Positions 60,223 through 64,000 of a DNA stretch of 64,000 nucleotides are shown piece by piece (the first letter of the stretch is position 1; every line of letters starts with the position of its first letter). A program made the translations under genes and the position numbers. The stretch covers positions 1 to 64,000 of the forward strand of contig JBFESZ010000001.1 in assembly GCA_041548245.1 (NCBI GenBank), given 5' to 3'. This DNA comes from Sulfurimonadaceae bacterium. GTDB taxonomy: Bacteria; Campylobacterota; Campylobacteria; Campylobacterales; Sulfurimonadaceae. The notes under the pieces are model-generated. The model worked only from the letters and a program-made list of their open reading frames with translations, was not told where the DNA came from and ran no database searches.

Positions 60223-60474
60223 ATGTCTTTATTGATAAATGACGAATGTATCGCCTGTGATGCTTGTCGTGAAGAGTGTCCTACTATGGCAATTGAAGAG
60301 GGTGATCCTATCTATATTGTCGATCCGGATCGTTGTACAGAGTGTGTTGGTGACTATGATGAGCCAGCTTGTATTGCGGTGTGTCCTGTTGACTGCTTTG
60401 AACCAGATAAAGACAACATTGAGACCATAGCTGAGCTGAAGTTCAAATACGAAAATCTTCAAAGAGAAGAGTAA
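60223..60474 (+). CDS. fdx: YfhL-type 2x[4Fe-4S] ferredoxin
   Basis: CIACDACREECP and CTECVG...PACIAVCPVDC; upstream of ppx as in Helicobacter and Campylobacter. Confidence 0.93.
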   Translation: MSLLINDECIACDACREECPTMAIEEGDPIYIVDPDRCTECVGDYDEPACIAVCPVDCFEPDKDNIETIAELKFKYENLQREE

Positions 60475-60526
60475 TACTTGACTTCTTAACGATCTGAAGA
60501 CGATCGCAAGGAGCAAAAGGAAGTCA

Positions 60527-61981
60527 ATGGCAAAACGCACTGCGATCATCGATATCGGATCAAACTCAGTTCGGATGGTGATCTTTGAACGTACCAGTCG
60601 TTTTGCTTTTCATCTCATTCATGAGACAAAATCACGTGTACGTATTAGTGAAAATGCCTACGAAAACGACAACAACCTCCAAAAACCTGCCTTAGAACGA
60701 GCCTATAAAGCATTAAAAGAGTTCCAGCTCACGATTATGCACTACAAAGTAAAAAAGACACTTTGTGTTGCCACTTCAGCACTTCGTGATGCCCCCAACA
60801 GGGATATCTTTATTTCCAAAGTCAAAAAAGAGCTTGGTCTTCATATCAAAGTCATTGACGGTAAAAAAGAAGCCTTCTTAGGCGGAGTCTCTTCAGCTAA
60901 TCTTTTAAATCTGGAGACGGCATTGACCATCGATATCGGAGGCGGTTCAACAGAACTTGCCTACTATAAGGACAAAAAGATCATCCACACAACATCTTTG
61001 GACCTTGGAACCGTTCGTTTAAAAGAACTTTTTTTCGACAAAAATGATTTCCAAGGGGCGAAGGACTATGTTTTACAAGAGCTCCAAAAGCTTCCAAGTG
61101 AACTTAAACATGAAAATATCGTCGGTATTGGGGGGACTCTACGTGCCTTAAGCAAGATGATCATGGAAAAAGAGAAAGTATATTTCAAAAAACTTCATGG
61201 TTTTTCTTACGATCTAAATAAACAAGAAGAGTACTTCGCACAAATATTGTATAGTGATGAGAAGGGCCTGAAAAAGCTCGGTGTAAAAAAAGATCGTTTG
61301 GATGTGATACAACCAGGTCTCTTGATACTGGACCTTCTTGTTAAACATGTGGATGCCAAACAGATGACGACCTCGGGTGTTGGTGTACGAGAAGGACTTT
61401 TTCTTACCGATCTCCTACGTACACAGAATAACCAATTTCCTCAAAACTTCAATCCAAGTGTCAAAAATCTGCTCGATCGTTTCTCTGATCTTAACAAGAG
61501 TGAGCTATACCAGGGGTCTCTTGATATATTCAATCTGACGTCTGCTTATCTTGAGATAGATGAAAAGTATAAAAAGCTCTTTCTTTATGCCGTCAAGCTC
61601 AGTCAGGTAGGAGCCTTCATTGACCTGTATGAAGGAAGTAGGCATGGCTACTATCTTGTGCTGAACGGACTTAATTACGGATTTACCCATAATGAGATCG
61701 TGCTTATTGCAACCATCATCAGGTTTCAAGGCAAGAAATCACCTGCCGCGCTTCATATGAAGAACTACAGTGCTTACCTTCCATCAGAAAAGATCGTCTC
61801 TTCCCTTTGTCTCTTAAACACACTGGCACAGACACTTTTTAGTGATTTTAATCATGGCAAAGAGCTAAAGCTAGAGATGAAAGAAGGGGCTTTGTGTATA
61901 GAAGCTAAAAACAGCTATCTATTACAAGAGAAACTCAAAGAGATTAGTAAAAACAAGATCCTGGGCATCAAGATCTTATAA
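60527..61981 (+). CDS. ppx: Ppx/GppA exopolyphosphatase
   Basis: IDIGSNS, ATSALRDAPN, DIGGGSTE and GVREG. Confidence 0.93.
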   Translation: MAKRTAIIDIGSNSVRMVIFERTSRFAFHLIHETKSRVRISENAYENDNNLQKPALERAYKALKEFQLTIMHYKVKKTLCVATSALRDAPNRDIFISKVKKELGLHIKVIDGKKEAFLGGVSSANLLNLETALTIDIGGGSTELAYYKDKKIIHTTSLDLGTVRLKELFFDKNDFQGAKDYVLQELQKLPSELKHENIVGIGGTLRALSKMIMEKEKVYFKKLHGFSYDLNKQEEYFAQILYSDEKGLKKLGVKKDRLDVIQPGLLILDLLVKHVDAKQMTTSGVGVREGLFLTDLLRTQNNQFPQNFNPSVKNLLDRFSDLNKSELYQGSLDIFNLTSAYLEIDEKYKKLFLYAVKLSQVGAFIDLYEGSRHGYYLVLNGLNYGFTHNEIVLIATIIRFQGKKSPAALHMKNYSAYLPSEKIVSSLCLLNTLAQTLFSDFNHGKELKLEMKEGALCIEAKNSYLLQEKLKEISKNKILGIKIL

Positions 61982-61991
61982 AATATCTTTC

Positions 61992-64000
61992 TTAGAAGCG
62001 CTGTCCGATTGTAAATTCAAATGTCGATGTTTGATCACTTGCAAAACTTTCATATGCTCTAGAGAAGATCAACTGAATCGGTCCCATAGGCGAGAACCAT
62101 TCCACTGCTGCCCCGTAGCTTGCACGACGTACTCTCTGTTTATCATACGAGTCAATTGAATTTGGATCATCTCCTAACTTTTGACCATAACCTTGCAACC
62201 ATCCTAGGTCAACAAATGAAGTCAAACGAAGTTTAGCCTTTGGCACCAGAGGGAAACTCGCTTCAAAAGAACTCGTTGCCATACTCCTGCCTCCAATGCG
62301 TCTACCTAGACCGTCACGTGGTGAAAGTGTGTAGGACTCAAACCCGCGGACACTTCCTACACCTCCCATATAAAAACGCTCTGCCGTTGGAAGGTCTGTA
62401 GTTGAATTTTCGGACTTTTCATCATAGAAGATATGAGAAAATCGTGCTTTATAGCGTAATATAAGATCGAAACCTACATACTCTTCAACACCCTTGTAGG
62501 CTCTAAATGTATTATTGTTTTTAATAAATTTTGCTGTTCCGCCCAGACCGGCAAACTCGAAGTTTGTACTGATTGAAATACCGTTTCTTGGGACATAAAA
62601 ATCATCCGTATCATCATAATTCAAACCAATATTGATAGCAGATTTCTCATAATCCTCAAAAAGTACGGTATCCACCCCTGTCAAATTAAGATCTGTTGAA
62701 ATATCACTATATTGCGATTGAGAATAGCTGTAACCAAGCGATCCGCTCAGAAAACGAGTCAATCGGCGTCCCAAACCAAGACTCAGACCATCGGTAGAGA
62801 TCGTATAATCATCATAATCCGTCTGATTGCTATAGATTGAAGCAGAACCTGAATAATCGCTGTCATTCAGGCGTGGATTGCTTACATTCGTACTAAAACT
62901 TTTTGTACGTTGCGAGGTCTCCGCTGAAAAGCCCAAATTGATCCCCGAACCGAAGATATTTCTATCCGAGATACTCGCGCTTAACAATATGCCACCGAAA
63001 CTTCCATACCCGCCGCCAAGCTGAATGTTTCCTGTCTGCGTCTCCTTGACTTTTACGATCAAGTCCATTGTCTGTTCATCAACGCGTTTTTCTTCTATCG
63101 TTGTCGATTCGAAATAGCCCGTTCTCTGTAGAGAGTTTCTTGAGTCTTTAATATCGGTGAAGTTGTATAGATCACCCGGTGCCAAATATATCTCACGGCG
63201 GGTAACCCTATCAAGAGTTCTCGTATTTCCTGAGATCATTACATCCCTGATATAGACTTTTTTCCCAGGTCTGATCTGATAGATCACTTCTACCGTTTGA
63301 GCCTCTTTGTCCTTTTTAAGATCCGGTGTGATCTTGACATAGGCATACCCCAAATCAGCGATGATCGCTTTAATACGGTCGGAGTCCTCTCTAAATGTCT
63401 TTATGTTAAAAGGTTTATTCAGTTCAAGTTTAATGACGTCTCGTATCTTTTCATCAGCAATGACTTCTGTTGATTGTTGCAGAACGATATTAGTGACTGT
63501 ATAGACATCTCCCTCATAGATCGAATAGGACATGTCTGCCAGATACTGATTGAAGTCAACACGTACAAAAGGATCATCGACTTTTGCATCCAGGTATCCA
63601 TGCTGCATATACATGTCACGTATACGCAAGGGATCATACTGAAGTTCTGTCAATTTCATCTCACCATCGTTACGTCCCCAGAACCATCCCATAAACTGAT
63701 GCTCTTTGTTAGCAATGGTATCGTCAAAATCACTTCCTTCAAATGCCGTCATACCCTCAAACGAAAGCTTTTCAATGACTATGTTTTCGCCTTTGTTGAC
63801 TTTAAAAAGAAGTTCAATGCTCCCATTGTCGAGTGTTGTCGTCTCCACTTCGACGATCGTATCAATATACCCCTCTTGAGATATCGTTTCTATCAACCTT
63901 TTTTTTGCCTTATCGACTTTACTTTTATCATATAAAGACCCTTTTTTAAGCTGTAAAAGTTCACTGTTTTCTGCCTCATCACCCTGGCCGTAACCATCAA
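61992..64000 (-). CDS. bamA: Outer-membrane protein assembly factor BamA (5' end lies outside the window)
   Basis: POTRA repeats, SVRGF loop motif, SPMGPI and a terminal Phe. The frame stays open from 63896 to the window edge (DGYGQGDEAENSELLQLKKGSLYD...). Confidence 0.96.
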   Translation of the reverse strand, partial: DGYGQGDEAENSELLQLKKGSLYDKSKVDKAKKRLIETISQEGYIDTIVEVETTTLDNGSIELLFKVNKGENIVIEKLSFEGMTAFEGSDFDDTIANKEHQFMGWFWGRNDGEMKLTELQYDPLRIRDMYMQHGYLDAKVDDPFVRVDFNQYLADMSYSIYEGDVYTVTNIVLQQSTEVIADEKIRDVIKLELNKPFNIKTFREDSDRIKAIIADLGYAYVKITPDLKKDKEAQTVEVIYQIRPGKKVYIRDVMISGNTRTLDRVTRREIYLAPGDLYNFTDIKDSRNSLQRTGYFESTTIEEKRVDEQTMDLIVKVKETQTGNIQLGGGYGSFGGILLSASISDRNIFGSGINLGFSAETSQRTKSFSTNVSNPRLNDSDYSGSASIYSNQTDYDDYTISTDGLSLGLGRRLTRFLSGSLGYSYSQSQYSDISTDLNLTGVDTVLFEDYEKSAINIGLNYDDTDDFYVPRNGISISTNFEFAGLGGTAKFIKNNNTFRAYKGVEEYVGFDLILRYKARFSHIFYDEKSENSTTDLPTAERFYMGGVGSVRGFESYTLSPRDGLGRRIGGRSMATSSFEASFPLVPKAKLRLTSFVDLGWLQGYGQKLGDDPNSIDSYDKQRVRRASYGAAVEWFSPMGPIQLIFSRAYESFASDQTSTFEFTIGQRF

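Overview
Chromosomal window from a flagellated Campylobacterota (epsilonproteobacterial) bacterium, probably a free-living Sulfurimonas-like lineage; this is inferred from gene order and protein style. Most of it consists of conserved core blocks syntenic with Helicobacter/Campylobacter: pyrH-rpoZ-spoT-tyrS-fabX-amiA; aroQ-folK-flhF-flhG-orf-fliA-fliM-fliY-LOG-mnmA; nadA-nadC-flhB-DHH-M23-minC-lpxC-tsaB-thrB-ylxR-infB-rbfA-rimP-ribD-ubiE-xseA; plsY-folB-hsrA/cosR-kinase-fdx-ppx; and the 3' part of bamA. Two accessory stretches interrupt them. The first (about 7.2-21.3 kb) holds a translationally coupled pair, a YbjN-like-domain helical protein and a cytoplasmic trypsin-Zn-ribbon-YbjN-like protease. 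These are followed by a zinc-finger thioredoxin and a 1919-aa Ser/Thr kinase-NTPase-GAF-PAS-PAS-His kinase with no adjacent response regulator. The second (about 31.6-41.9 kb) holds an octaheme cytochrome c, ion transporters, an orphan FliL-like gene, and an HMA protein with a triple KCG tail next to a Cys-rich metal permease. I saw no rRNA, tRNA, CRISPR array, transposase or integrase. All calls come from motif recognition and recalled synteny, not database searches.
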